NCBI GenBank assembly: GCA_044892525.1
Contig: CM097885.1
Coordinates: forward strand, 14,446,001-14,510,000
Length of the DNA: 64,000 nucleotides
From: Schmidtea polychroa
Taxonomy: Eukaryota
Direction of reading: 5' to 3'
The position numbers and the translations under genes were made by a program. How positions within the stretch are numbered: the stretch's first letter is position 1; every line of letters starts with the position of its first letter. This document shows, one piece after another, positions 39,876 to 52,925 of this stretch. The notes beneath the pieces are model-generated. The model was not told the origin of the DNA and made no database searches. It worked only from the letters and a program-made list of their open reading frames with translations.

Positions 39876-42800
39876 ATGACTGAAGAATCTGTCAGTGGAC
39901 TTGACAATATAATTACAGAATTTAACACATATGAAGATTTTTTGGACTCTCAAATAACACCATTAGATCTATTTTATTTAGAAGTATTATTAATTAATTA
40001 TAAATAACATTTAAAAATGATTCTAGGATGAAGAATTAGCCAGACAATTAGTTGAATTAGGATACCGAGGAAGTGGAGAAGTATTAAAGAGAGAAGAATT
40101 TCAAGCAAGAAAAGAAATTGCTGAAGCTTCAAGACTAGCTAGACAAACGACAACGAAGTAATTAAAAATTTATTAATATCACGATTAATATACGATAATT
40201 TTATTTTCAAAAGTAAAGTGATTAAATAATCTATTTGTATTTTTTTTCAGAAATATTGAAACGTAAAATTATTATTTTTGCACAATTTAAGCTTTTTGTT
40301 TATGCACTTTTCTTTTTGAAATAATAAATTCATTCACTTCACATTTTAATTTTCCTCAAAATATTTTGTTTTTGTTGTGCATTATATAAATAATTTATCC
40401 GATTGTTATGCAAAATTATTAGATTTTATGCGTTTTCGTTTCATCATTGTAGGTTGATAAATGTTTAAATGAACAAATCTGAATAATTAATTAATTAATT
40501 AATTAATTAATTAATCAAAATTTTCTAATTCATAATTATTACATTCATTTATCAATAATAATTGAATTAATAATTAAAATATTAAATCGATAATTGAAAA
40601 ATATTTAATTAATTGATAATTTATTGTTATCTATTTTCTATATGAATATGCGATAGATAATAATTTCAATTTCATTTAAGTTTACACATTCAAATATTCT
40701 CTATTAAAATGACTTTTATCTCTAGAAAGCTTTCTATCGGAAAAAAAATTATGAGTTTGACTGATAAACTGAGATGCCATTTTTCTGATGGTTTATTGTT
40801 TTAATTAAACTAAAATAATAGAAAGTTTTAATTTGGAAGTTTTTTCTATATATTTCAAAGAGATGAAATGAAAAGATTAATAAAATTTTGTTTTGTTGCT
40901 TCAAAGAAAAACTATTTATTACAGCATAAAGAAAAAGAAAGAATTGGATCTGAAACTAAAATATAGAAAATTAAACCAATGAGAAAGTTAATCAAGATCA
41001 AGTTTTGGATTGATGTAGAACAAAGTTATGTTGATAAGCTAATTGAGAAATCTAGTAAAGAAATTCTAGTTGAGAAGAAATCCAATCAAAAATGCCAATT
41101 TTTATTTAACAAATAAAAAAAAATTCCTTAATTTATGATATTGATCGTGGAGCATAATAAAGAGTGGTTGTAATCATTACCTAGCTGGAAAATTCAATGA
41201 AATGAAAGCAACATTCAAAATAATAACCTTTTGCACTTGGACATTGAAATATCTAGTGAACCTTTGAGATGTATACTGAATAAAATGCTACACAAAATTT
41301 GACATTCCCAAAATCTATAAGTGCTGCATTTCTCTGGGTGTTGGCAATCGATAAATATATTCACTCCTCATTTCTCAAACGATTTCTTTCAATAATTTTC
41401 AGAAGATTCTGCATTCTTTGTGCCACCTGGAAATAATCATTCAAAAATGGAAAATAACCTTATTTTGTTATTCTATAGCTAATATTCGAAAACTTAAGTT
41501 ATAATGGTTCTAGGACAAAATGGTAGCGGACAAAATGGTAGCGGACAAAATGGTAGCGGACAAAATGGTAGGGACAAATGGTATTGACTTAAGTCTATTT
41601 AAATAGAGTAATAAGTTTATTTTTTAAATGTAGTTGGTTAATTATTGCCCTAATACATGTAGCGTTAATTTCGAAGGAATAGATTAATGATTAGAAAAGT
41701 AAGTTGCCTTATAAACATATAAACAGCGGCTTATGTAAACATAAAAGTTGTTTTTTTTTGCTAAAAACATGGGTGTGGTTTATATACGAAATCTTAGATT
41801 TTTAAATATATTTTTTCGTCTTGTATTAGGCCACATCATATAAAATTCTGATCAGGTATGTTTTCCCCCCAAATAAAATGCGGTATTATTTTTTATATAA
41901 ATTAAATGAAGAAGAAATACATTTTTTTATTTTTCATTTATTTTAATTAGCAAGTAATTCTTTATTTCTTGCTCTAAACATAAATTCCTTCAAAAAACTA
42001 TTTCGTTGATTTGTTGTCATGCCTTTCATTGCTTTGATATTCATCTTTAGTCGATTGTTATAGGATTCAACGAGCTGGGTATTCACGCCAGTTTCATGTT
42101 TATTGTTTCTTTTAATCTTAGAAAAAGCATGACATTAATTCATATTCTTCTGCCGATTTAACTTTCTCCAACCAATTTATCATTCTTAAACGGCTATATT
42201 AATATTAAATAAATAAATCCGGGGGTGAGACATACCTGATCAAAAAATTCATTAAGTAACGTTAAATTAAAGTTTTAACACTGATATACTAATACTAACA
42301 TTCATTAATCTAGTAAGACGGTTGAACTAATAATGGAAACTTGTGAATTAATTTAAAACAATATTTATGAATTATACTGTGCTTTTTTTCTGGGAAAAAA
42401 GGTGCCGAAACGTATCTGTACTATCCCTTATATGTAAAAAAATGACTCTGAAATTAGCTAACAAATAAAATAATTATGCATGACACAAAATATACACTTA
42501 TTACCGACGACAGAAAACGATTTTAATAACGTAGTATATTAATGACGTATATTTACCGTGAGCGTGTTTTATATAATAGTAATAACACATAGGAAGCACG
42601 GAGTTATGATTCACTCGCTTTGGCGTATGACTACTACTTTTAATTTGATTATAATTGACTATTTGAAATGTCAGAAATAGAAATATGACAAAAAACCAAA
42701 ACATATGTCAATTTTTTATTGTAATCTTCATAAATTCATGAAACAAATTTACTTACAAGCATGTGATACCCATTAGGAAATTCAATTATTTTGATTAATT

Positions 42801-43566
42801 TGACAATTCACAAATTCCATCAAGAGAAAAACTTTTAGAGCAAAAATTCAAAAAAAAATTTAGAATAAATATTTTCAAAAAACTTTATAATATTTTGATA
42901 TTTTGCAAAATATTATTAAATTGCTTTAAAATTGTTTCTTATACCTATTTCTTTCAGAACACTAGCAAGTAGTGGAATCGATATTTTAGATCCTTTCCTT
43001 AAAGCTTTATCAAGTAGAGAAGAAGTGAATAGAAGCGGGAAAATGACTGTAATTTTGTTTCAAATAAAATTAATGCAATAAATAATTGTTTTACCCCTAA
43101 AAGACCATAATATTTATTCGAGATAAAAATCCCAAAGGTCAAGAAATATCTGGTTATATTGATTATGCTCACAGACTGAAAACTGAAGAATTTGCTCCAT
43201 ATTTCCTTGGGAAACGCAAAGTTCTCCCAAGACCGCAAGATTTGAGGTAAATAGCGAAATTTGAGTTAGATAAATTATGATCTCTCTAGTTTCTACAATT
43301 GGGAAACCCAAACTGTCACTTCAAATCCAACACCAAATTACAGCGTGTTAACCGAAAGTGCTTCTGGACTTCTTTTCAAAAATAAACGCGACAGAAAGAT
43401 ATTGAATGTCGATCCTAATGTTTGTTTAAGCGTAATTTTATATCATATCCTTTTATATAATTTCCAGGCATCGTCTCCAGGTGACAACTCCACCAGAACG
43501 GTTATTGACTCACCAAAATATACGCAAATTGTTATATACGATCACATTACTCGAAGGAAAAATTGA
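39876..43566 (+). CDS. CFAP299: Cilia- and flagella-associated protein 299 (C4orf22 orthologue), 6 exons, 233 aa
   Basis: Exons 39876-39983, 40027-40157, 42958-43048, 43104-43246, 43290-43419, 43468-43566; all introns GT-AG and in phase. Peptides [57 protein letters not shown] and PGDNSTR match vertebrate CFAP299 as I recall it. Confidence 0.96.
41503..41583 (+). repeat. 15-bp tandem GGACAAAATGGTAGC array (MULE-type end)
   Basis: AATGGTTCTA followed by about 5 GGACAAAATGGTA(GC) units. No partner end seen, so the element assignment is inference. Confidence 0.7.
41849..42242 (-). mobile_element. Merlin (IS1016/ISXO2-like) non-autonomous element in CFAP299 intron 2
   Basis: 22-bp TIR TGATCAGGTATGTTTTCCCCCC / TGATCAGGTATGTCTCACCCCC (19/22); TSD TAAAATTC / AAAAATTC. 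Internal minus-strand peptide [17 protein letters not shown]...SFLKEFMFR is the ISXO2 C-terminal motif. Confidence 0.82.
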
Positions 43567-45465
43567 TATTGAATATCATTAGAGCTGCGTTTTTTTCGTT
43601 TGAAGATAATTTATTCTTATTTTACATGTAGGTGGTTGCGTTTGATTAAATAAGATACATTGAGACAAGTTTTAGGCTGGCCTTGATTCTTATTGGTCTA
43701 TTTGGTACAATGAGAACGAAGAATAAAGAAATTGAAAAATATATCAATCAATATATATTTTGTTGAGTTATCAGTGAATTCGGATATTAACAATTATTGA
43801 TTTGACTTCAAATGTTGGATCAAAACAGGGGGCGTTTTGTTTTAATGAAGCGACACGTACACCAAATTTTTATTAAAATTATGTAACAGACATTAATTAA
43901 AATAAAAAAGAATAGGAAATATAATAAAACAGATATATAGCATCAAGTATATCAAAAATTATAACGACATTAAAACTATTAAGATTACGTCCAATCTACT
44001 CCTTATTGAGTGCAACTACACATTTGATTGAGCATTTTAAAATGTTGCTGTCTTATTTTAACCCTTCGCTAAGTACAGCATATTTGCAAATTTTAAGACT
44101 GCTTAATAAAATTTGAATTAATGATAATTTCTAATTTACTACTGTGATTCTATTGTTGTTCTATTTTCTTCTAATTAATTTTAATATTTAATTTGATAGT
44201 CATGCATATCTTGTCTTTGGAAACACCTATTTACGACGTCACCAAAATAAAAGCATTTTAACTACCTCTATCTTATTATTAACTTTATATCAAATTCACA
44301 TATCCCCAAAATAACCAAATATAAAACTAGAATAAAATTTAGCTAAAATTATGATTTGTGTTGGCGTTTATGGGGTATATAAAACGAAATGTCTTGTCAC
44401 TAAGGTGTGTGTACAGAGTGGTCAAAAGATTTCGTAAACCGCCAAATGATTATTTCGACGCGATATGTACCAAGTCATCTAGAGCTAAGAAACAAATGAG
44501 CTTCTGTACTAAGATTGGAGGACTTAAATAGATATTCATTACTTCAAAATCAAGGTGCTCATTCATACATGTGTTATTGTTTTCCAGAGTTGGAGTGCGT
44601 GTCATTATCGCAAAAACTAGTGCATCGCATGACTAGTACCTATTATCAAATGTAAAAAGAAAACGCAAAGTAAAGAAGATAACAAATTCTAATATTGTTT
44701 GACAACAGAAAATTATAAAACATTTAAATTGTTGAATCACATTGTCATCTGCGTCAGCCAACAACTGATCTAGGTCAAACAGGTTGTCTGAGCCTTTTTG
44801 CCAGAAGAAATCCATACCCGAGGCCTGCAAATCCAATTCCTTTCCGAACGTGATATCTGTTTATTTTTGGCCTTGGTGGTATTGTTTTGGTCGGAGGTCT
44901 GGTGGCGTGTAGATCCGCCACGATCGGTTTGGGAACCGTACTTGACGTTGTGGCTACTGGAGTTGATGAGACCGAAGTTAACATGGAACATCCTGCACAG
45001 GCTGAAGATCGAGGTGCAAAGTGCCTTCTACCAGGTGATGGGCAGGTAAAGGGTTTACTCGGACCGCGGAAGAAAGATTATAAATCTGCGCTTTGAGCTG
45101 ATGCTTGGTGTATACCTGATACAGAGCCTGTGATTTCTCCTGTATCAGGCGCACTGAGCCCGACTTTCCTCGATGATATTGTTCGGACAATGCTCAAGTC
45201 GGAACAACATTTGGAGCAATATTGATACTTATGAAGATACTTATGTCAATCGTAATAATAATGAATATAATAACTGTAATAATAATGACTGTTATATTAA
45301 AAATCCTAGCCAAAAAGGTAATCCTAAATTTTTGATAATGATTCTAATAGTAATAATGATCACTAGAAAGGTAATAATGAAAACATGGAAAATCTTGAAA
45401 TTCCAGTTAATAATTAGGGATAAAAATGATTGATTCGAGTGAATACAGGAGAGAGAATGCATTGG

Positions 45466-45815
45466 AACTTTAATTTCAATCAAATCATTTACAAAAAGCT
45501 GTATTCCAATAATAGGATCTAGATCACTTATCATCAAATGTTTTTCGATTGACCTTTTTTCATAAACATGTCCTGATAATCTATTAAGAACTGGAACTTT
45601 AGGAATTTCGTTGGAAACAGAACAATTTAATGACATTTCAAGGAAAATTAGAATTTCCGACTCCCAAATCTGGATAGACGATCCAGTTGTAGCACATAGC
45701 CAATATATTTTGCCAAGAAGATAAATTTGGATAAATCCCACAACACTAAAGTTCCGTCCCATGATTTAGACAATGCAAATTGACCATCATTAGACATAAC
45801 AACATCATTTTCAAA
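45466..45815 (-). pseudogene. Chimeric gene-fragment patchwork: two RACK1 pieces plus a PRP19 U-box
   Basis: 45815-45732 [28 protein letters not shown] (RACK1 WD2); 45705-45655 [17 protein letters not shown] (RACK1 WD6); 45636-45466 MSLNCSVSNEIP...GHVYEKRSIEK...DPI...LIEIKV (PRP19 U-box). Confidence 0.85.
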
Positions 45816-46496
45816 GTCATCCCAAATAATTATGGATTAGAAATAAGGCTGTTTGGATAGATGTTGGTGCAATCTTTGATTTTGAAGCAGCCATAATCAT
45901 ACGACTATTGATTTTCATTGTTTCTGGTTCCCACGAAACAAACGCCAAAGTACCCTGATAGTCATATAATGCATAGTAACCTTCTTTAGCATATGTTTCG
46001 ATCATGTGTAATCTGAATCTTTCATAAGGAATACCTAATTCCCCAGTTTCTAATTGAATAATTCTATCCTTCTGTTTGTTCACTCCAAAGATTGCATATT
46101 AAAATCTGTGTTGTAATTCAATGTAATTAAGATATCCTTCCACTGAAGGATCACATTTAACACCGGAAGCAATTTTAACAAAGGGACTCTATATTTAAAT
46201 CCGAACTCTCTTTAAAACAAAAAACCTCGAAAACTCTAAATCTACAATTTATCACAAAAAATCAATTCACTATAAAATTAAAAATATAAATTACCTTATT
46301 CCTTGCGTCTGTGTGCGCACATCAATTTGACAAGCAGTTTAACAATACCGCGCACATAGACGCGATAAAAAACAATGGCAAAATCGGTTGAAACAATAAT
46401 AATGATAATAACTAAAATACGAATAGCATTAATAGTAATAATACTAATCCTAATAATAATAATACTAATGAGATTAATAATAATGATAGTCACAAT

Positions 46497-46845
46497 CAAC
46501 GTTCCCTCTAAGCTGCGCGCGCGCAGCACCTCCCACACCCCAGCGCAGAAAAATTATTTTCAGCGCAGTATACTTTATTTTTTATTTTATTTTCACCTTC
46601 CAATTAACATATTTATTATAAAACATTACGAATTTTTGATACTCAATATTATTATGTGGTTCATTTTGAATATTTAAAAATTTTCAATGTTAATAACCAG
46701 ATGCATAATAACGGTATATTTCAGTAGTGTCGTTTTAAAACTCTTACAACCACGTTATAGCATTTTGACGCTCATTTGTATTTAAAGGCTGCTCAGCGCA
46801 GCTGACTTTGCGCGCACTGCTGCTTATGGCTTAGAGGGAACATTG
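46497..46845. mobile_element. hAT MITE, 349 bp, inserted in an AAT-rich degenerate repeat
   Basis: TIR CAACGTTCCCTCTAAGC / CAATGTTCCCTCTAAGC; perfect TSD GTCACAAT. Confidence 0.93.
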
Positions 46846-49800
46846 GTCACAATCAGAATAATAATGACCGTAACAATAATAATAATAAAATAATCATAAT
46901 AGTAATCATTACCTAGGTGATGATATCATCCAATCTAATCTGGGCTATGGATTTTGTTATTAGAGCTCTCATTTCTATGTCGACTAGATATAAAGAATAC
47001 CGGGAGAGTTTGAGTCGATCTTAACATCATATTTAATAAAATAAATTAGGATTTAGGAAAACATTTTTTTTTAGGAAAATTAGAAACATTTAGAATTTTA
47101 GAAACATTTAGGAAAACACTTCACATAACATTCAAAGCTAATTTATTTAAACGGTAGGTAGAGTTCTCTTAATTTATTTGTTGGGAGTTTGTCTAATATT
47201 TATAATAGTTGTTTATGTTCTACTATCTCTATGAAGTCCTTATATTGAATTACTAATGTGTTGAAATTCTGTTAACTATGTTTGGTTCCAAACTCCCTGA
47301 TCTATGTCTCAGTTTTTGTGAGGATTCTTACTGTAGGTTTTCAGTTGTGTATAGTCGCAATGATTTTAATAACAAGGCCATAGATTAATCGTTCCACAAT
47401 GTTCATTTGGATGACTGCGATACAAGCATCTTCTGGTGGATCGAAACTTTTTCATTCCAGTAAGGTAGGAATACACGAATGTTCCCTGACTTGATGACAG
47501 GAAAAGATTCCTGATCCACTGTGTTTTTAATAATACAAAAAAATAGTTAAGGACCTGCATCATAGGATAAAATAAAATAAAACCATAAAATCTTAGATGA
47601 AAATAATTTAATATTAGCAAAAGGGAAAACGAATAGATTTTGTTATACAAAATTTTTAATTCTAATAATAAAATTACATTGGTCATATACAAAGAAAATT
47701 CATATAAAAAATAAATAACACAATTACCAATTTGCAATAAAAGATTTTCTGGTATAGCTATACAGTTCTTCCAAGTACTCGATCAAGGGTACGGTTTTGT
47801 TGAAATTTGAATAATTGGCAAAATAATAGTGATTGACAATTAACCCAATAGCTCAGAATTTAGATTTGAAAAATAGGTGATCCGAAATAATAAAATAGAG
47901 TAGTTGGAGCTTTAACAGTGTTATTTTGATTTAAAAAAATAATATAAAGATTAGGTCGCTTTAAAATTCCGACTGTTGAAAAATAAGATCAAAAATATAT
48001 TACAAATTTAAGTCTAAAATTATTGAAAAAAGTTGTAAATTGTGAACTGAGACTTTCCTTCATGTTGTATTTTTTGAATGTCTTCAACTAATCAGAATTG
48101 ATCGTGTAAGCTTTTGATCAATTTATTTCTGTTATTTTTACTTTAAATTCCAATCCATCTGATTGGTTAATTTTATTTTTTTTTAATTCTAGGTTTTTTT
48201 CGTTTAATTTATTTCTTTTTTTCCTTCTGACTGGTTTAATGATCTTCATCTAATATCACTCTTATCTTTATTTTGTGTCTTTTTACCGAGATTTGTGGTA
48301 TTTTTTGCACTAAAATGTGTCGTGTGTAACTTCTTCTTTTCTAGATTTTATTAGTTTTGTTTTATTTATTTTTATTCATGCTGTTGGGTTAATTACAAAA
48401 AACCAAATGATTTTATAGATAAAAGGAAGGTATAACAATTATTGGTAAAATCAATAAAAGTGCAAAATTAATTAAAACTTACAAAAATCAAAAATCAATA
48501 TTGAACCGGGGTATCGGGTATGGTTGAACGCCAAATTGATAGACGAGTTCATAAATTATAATGAAAATTTAATAAAGTGTTCACAAAGAAAGTTAATGTG
48601 AAAAAAAATAAATTAAAATGAATTAATCTGCAATGGAAAGCCCGAGCCAATGGGAAGTCCAAGCCGATGCAAAACCCGAGCCCTGAAGGGCACACGTTGC
48701 GTAGGGAGACCCAATGGATCATATAAGAGAAGGAATATTTCGAGGTCCAATCTAGGTTAAACAAATTAAAACAATTTGGAAACCCTCAAATGTTTACCCA
48801 GGATTCCCGGGAGATAATTAATTACAATTCTCTAGATAATTGCCCTTTCAGAAACAGTATAAAAAAAGAAGCTCAGAAAATGAGGCAATCAGTGATCATA
48901 AAAACAAATCTGATTATTCGAAAAAAAGTTTAATCCCAGAACCAGCCACTTGGGTTATCTACCTTATGGAGTGATAATCATATTGAGCGAAAGGTGCAAT
49001 TATAATGACAAAAAGTAATTTTATTGAAATTGAATAAAGTTATTCTGTGTTGGGTTTCGACTTATTTGTTTGAATAAGAACACGAGGAGTCAGAGAGAAA
49101 ACCGACTTTAAAAAATAAAAACCCAACAATGTTTTATTTTTATTGTTGTTTTGCTTGAATGTTATCATTTATTTTAAATATTCTTGATGCGTTTTAATTG
49201 CTGTGTGAGGTCATCTCAATCGACCATTTACCTTTTATTATTTTTTTCAAGGAAAATAATTATAAATGCAGCGAAAGAAGGAAAAGAAATTGTTATTTCT
49301 GGGGCTTAGTCCAACAGTTGACATTTTAAAAAAGAAATCTCAAAGAATCTTTATTAAAAATCGTTTTATATACTTGAAATTATCAAGATAGAACCATCTT
49401 ATACGATGTAGGATCGTACCATTAGTTTCTATTGGCATGATGTATTTGAAATGCTAGATTTTACCTGCTTTCTTTTCTCATCACATATTTTTTCGGTTTC
49501 TATTTAAAGTTCACAATACTAAAATAACTTGTGATGAGTTTAGTCTGGTTTGGTTGTAATTTTCGAAGCCAAAGGTATGACGTAGATTTTTGTGTAGTCA
49601 TAATCACAGACAAATTAGTGATAGATATCACCCAATTATATTTAAAGAAATGTTATAGTAGGATGTAAATATATTCAACCCTCCTCAAATTGACTGAGTT
49701 GACCACCTGACATAAGAATGACAATGTAAAGAATTAAAAAACAAATATGAACGACAAAAAATGATTAATCATTATCTTGTTAAAATATTTGCTCAATCAA

Positions 49801-50025
49801 ATCAATTTATAACTTTACATTCAGATTTTATAGATTCATATTAAAAGCTTTTTCTATATCTATATTTTAAGTTTTTAAATAAATACCTTAAAAATTAATG
49901 TTTTTTACTATTTCAATTATCAAAATATTTAATTTTGCAATAATTTAATTTCTTTTAATAATATGTACTATGGTATCAACGATTACTAAATTTCAATTAA
50001 TGAAATTTTAGTTTTTGACATTTAG

Positions 50026-50716
50026 GGATAAATTTTCAATATTAACATTTCAAATGGTTGAAAAAATTATCAAAGATTTAAGGTTATCAAATTTAGGAGG
50101 GCGAAGACTTAGAGATTCCAAATGTTTATTTTACATGGATGAAAATTGCGGCCCAAATGACATTGAAGCGTATAAAATTCAAGAAATGAAGAGGAAAAGT
50201 AGGACAAATTTGGGTCGAAACTATTACAACAAAGCTTTTATAAATAAAGTTAATGAAGAAGATTTTTACAAAGTTAATCATTTGAAAGAAAATCGTTTAC
50301 CACAACCATATAGAGATTATGAAAGTTTTGTTAATCCAATCTCACATTTTCTAACACCAGGCTACAACAAAGCCAATCATCGAGGAATTAATCCCGTTAA
50401 AATAGCATCATTTAATGAAGAAACCCCTCAAAATACTGATCCAAAGGTTTTTAATACTATAAAAATTAAAGTTTGTAGAATATAAATAATCTAGGAAATT
50501 AACTCCAATCGAATAAATTGTCCAAATGTTTTTGAGGAGTTGAATCGCAAAAGTGAATTCGATCCAACATCCCTCACTTATCATAATAAAATTAAAACTG
50601 TTGATGCTTGTCGAGCTAGTCTTAGAGCTAAAGAGAAACTAAAAATCACAAATGCATTACTAGCTCAACAAGACAACAGAAAGAAAACTTTCATTTCTAA
50701 TGCTTTTCCTGAATTT
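50026..50716 (+). CDS. Two internal exons of an unidentified host gene
   Basis: Exons 50026-50446 and 50495-50716 joined by a 48-bp GT-AG phase-0 intron that keeps the frame; strong donor GTAAGT at 50717. The product is not recognised. Confidence 0.7.
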
Positions 50717-50789
50717 GTAAGTATACTAGCTTTTCTAAACATAAGTTTCTCTATTACTATTGATTAAATATTATTTATTTTAATTAATT

Positions 50790-51115
50790 AATTTATATAT
50801 TGTTTATTTATTATTTAATTGTTATTATTTATTAATCAAATATTTTAAATATTAATTACTTATTAATTATTTATCAATAAATATAATTTAAATATTAATC
50901 ACTAATTAAATATTAATCACTAATTAAATATTAATTAATAATTAAATATTAATTAATAATTAAATATTAATTAATAATTAAATATTGATTATTAATTAAT
51001 TAATATATTGTTTATTTATTATTTAATTGTTATTATTTATTAATCAATAATTAAATATTAATTACTTATTAATTATTTATTAATTAATAATTAAATATTG
51101 ATTATTAATTATTTA
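50790..51115. repeat. AT-only low-complexity / 18-bp tandem region
   Basis: ATTAATTAATAATTAAAT units and a duplicated block at about 50797 and 51005. Confidence 0.75.
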
Positions 51116-51308
51116 CCATTTATTTAATACTGATAATACTGAGGTGCAAGTTGTCAAAAGTAACCTGTCAATCATTATGGATGTGATGCTTTATGGTAGA
51201 TTGCTATATGTACGCCTCACATAGTAGTGAATATCGTGTCAAGTAGTAGGTAAATGTGAGCTTTCTGATTTACTCTCAGTTATCGAGTCCCCTGGCGATA
51301 GCTTAGAT

Positions 51309-51645
51309 CAGTGGTTCTCAACCAGTGTTCCGCGAAAAAAATGACATTTTATCTTTAAATTTGCATTTAAGATACATATCATCAAAAACCTCAATTAATT
51401 TTTTTTATAAGATGATTCAATAAGAAAACCGTTACACAGACATATAAACATAGAAATATAAAAGTGTTTTTATTGCTTGTTATTGTTGCGTATGGTATTT
51501 TCTTTGCTTATAAGAAGGCATTGTTTACATTTACGACAGATTTATAGTAATTTGTGATTGGTCACTCATTGTGGGCAAGTATTTTTTTGTCCGTATCCCG
51601 CGTAATAAAATCATGTGAATGGTGTTCCGCGCTTTTATATTAATT
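51309..51645 (-). mobile_element. Second, end-truncated copy of the 24327 hAT MITE
   Basis: Reverse complement of 24673 to about 24338; the distal TIR is replaced by T-rich TTTTTTTACA repeats. Confidence 0.88.
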
Positions 51646-51750
51646 TTTTTCTTTTTTTTTACATTTTTTACATTTTTTTTACATTTTTTATTTATTTACA
51701 TTTTCCTTTGCGCCTAAAAGTTTTGAATTTGAAGTACAAATTCTTAATAT

Positions 51751-52787
51751 TGTTAGGGATAGGCCTGGAGCCTTATTGACAAAATAAATAAAAATTACTA
51801 AAATTAGAAATAGCATAAATAAAAATAATAAAGTATTACCGAAAATAAAAGATAGGTTTTATTAATTACTATTAATAGAATTAAGTAGCATATAGGAATA
51901 TTTGATAATACTATTACTATATATAGTAATTATAAAATTGCTATTAATATAATAAATAATTAAAATATAATATAAATACTGGTTCAAAACGAGAACCAAG
52001 GGGGACGATAAAACATTGAGACAACAATTTGGACGATAAATTGTAGAGACTAATTTGGGAAATTATTTAATTATCATTTTAAAGAAGACGTGATTAAAGA
52101 ATCACTGTGTTTGTCAAAATTAATTCAAGGAATTTGTCAACAGTTCAAATTAAATTTAAATATTTCATCGCACCAGACGAAATTCCGATTCAAATTTCAG
52201 ATCGATTTCAAAGTTGAAAATTTGCTATAAATTGCCAAACAAAATAAACAAGAGGCAGTAAGAAAATCTCTAGAGAAAAATTGGAACAGATTTGTGAACG
52301 AAAAACAGGAAAGGAACCATTAATTTAGACAAGGTAAAAGGAGTTCATTATTTGTGTTGTGTAAGGATAAATTATTATCCTTGTGAAGTGAATTAATTAA
52401 GCGAACACAAAGCACCGATAGCGGCTTTCGTGTTACCTGGTAGCCCCAAAATCAGCCCTCTTTCTTTACCGTCATCTTTCCAATTTATTTAGCGATCGTT
52501 GTGCTACACAGGAGCCATCGATCTCTTGCAGGCTGTGGTAAACAGTAAGGATTAATAAATCCGTTTTCTTGTATTCTTTGCACATATATTATAAATTCCT
52601 GTTGTAAATTATTAAATACATTTTTATAAAAAGAGAAAGGAGTTTGTTTTAATTCAGTGATTTAAACTTACACTTCGCAACCACATTAAATATAACATAT
52701 TTATATTTATTTGTATTTATTTATCTTAATTAAATTATTGGAGTCATTTGTGTTAAGATCTGTAGTCCCCGTTTTTCGATCTTAACA
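51751..52787 (+). repeat. 5' LTR, 1037 bp (TG...CA)
   Basis: Starts TGTTAG and ends TTAACA, directly followed by the PBS. TATAAATA at about 51971 and AATAAA at 52554. The first 492 nt match 63509-64000 with 2 differences. Confidence 0.96.
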
Positions 52788-52790
52788 TTT

Positions 52791-52808
52791 TGGTGAGACC
52801 GACGTGAT
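52791..52808 (+). other. Primer binding site, tRNA-Trp
   Basis: TGGTGAGACCGACGTGAT is complementary to a tRNA 3' end ATCACGTCGGTCTCACCA; vertebrate tRNA-Trp ends ATCACGTCGGGGTCACCA. Confidence 0.85.
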
Positions 52809-52925
52809 CTAATTTACGGGGGGAATAAGAATTTTATTTATAAAAGACAAACCACTTTTTGAATCATTGAGTTAAGAAATAGGAGAGTAATAAATTTTAG
52901 ACCAGATAATAGAAATCAGCAAATA

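Noticed and set aside
40726-40800. Alternative CFAP299 exon 3
   Set aside because: The translation does not match CFAP299, while 42958-43048 matches and restores the 233-aa length.
41513-41583. CRISPR-like array
   Set aside because: Direct tandem units without spacers, in eukaryotic DNA with no cas genes.
45817-46083. BEL/Pao RNase H, RACK1 WD1 or SH3 (ALYDY) assignment for this ORF
   Set aside because: Each reading fits only a few residues and they conflict; left unassigned.
51741-51750. TSD of the Gypsy insertion
   Set aside because: The right flank lies outside the window, so it cannot be tested.
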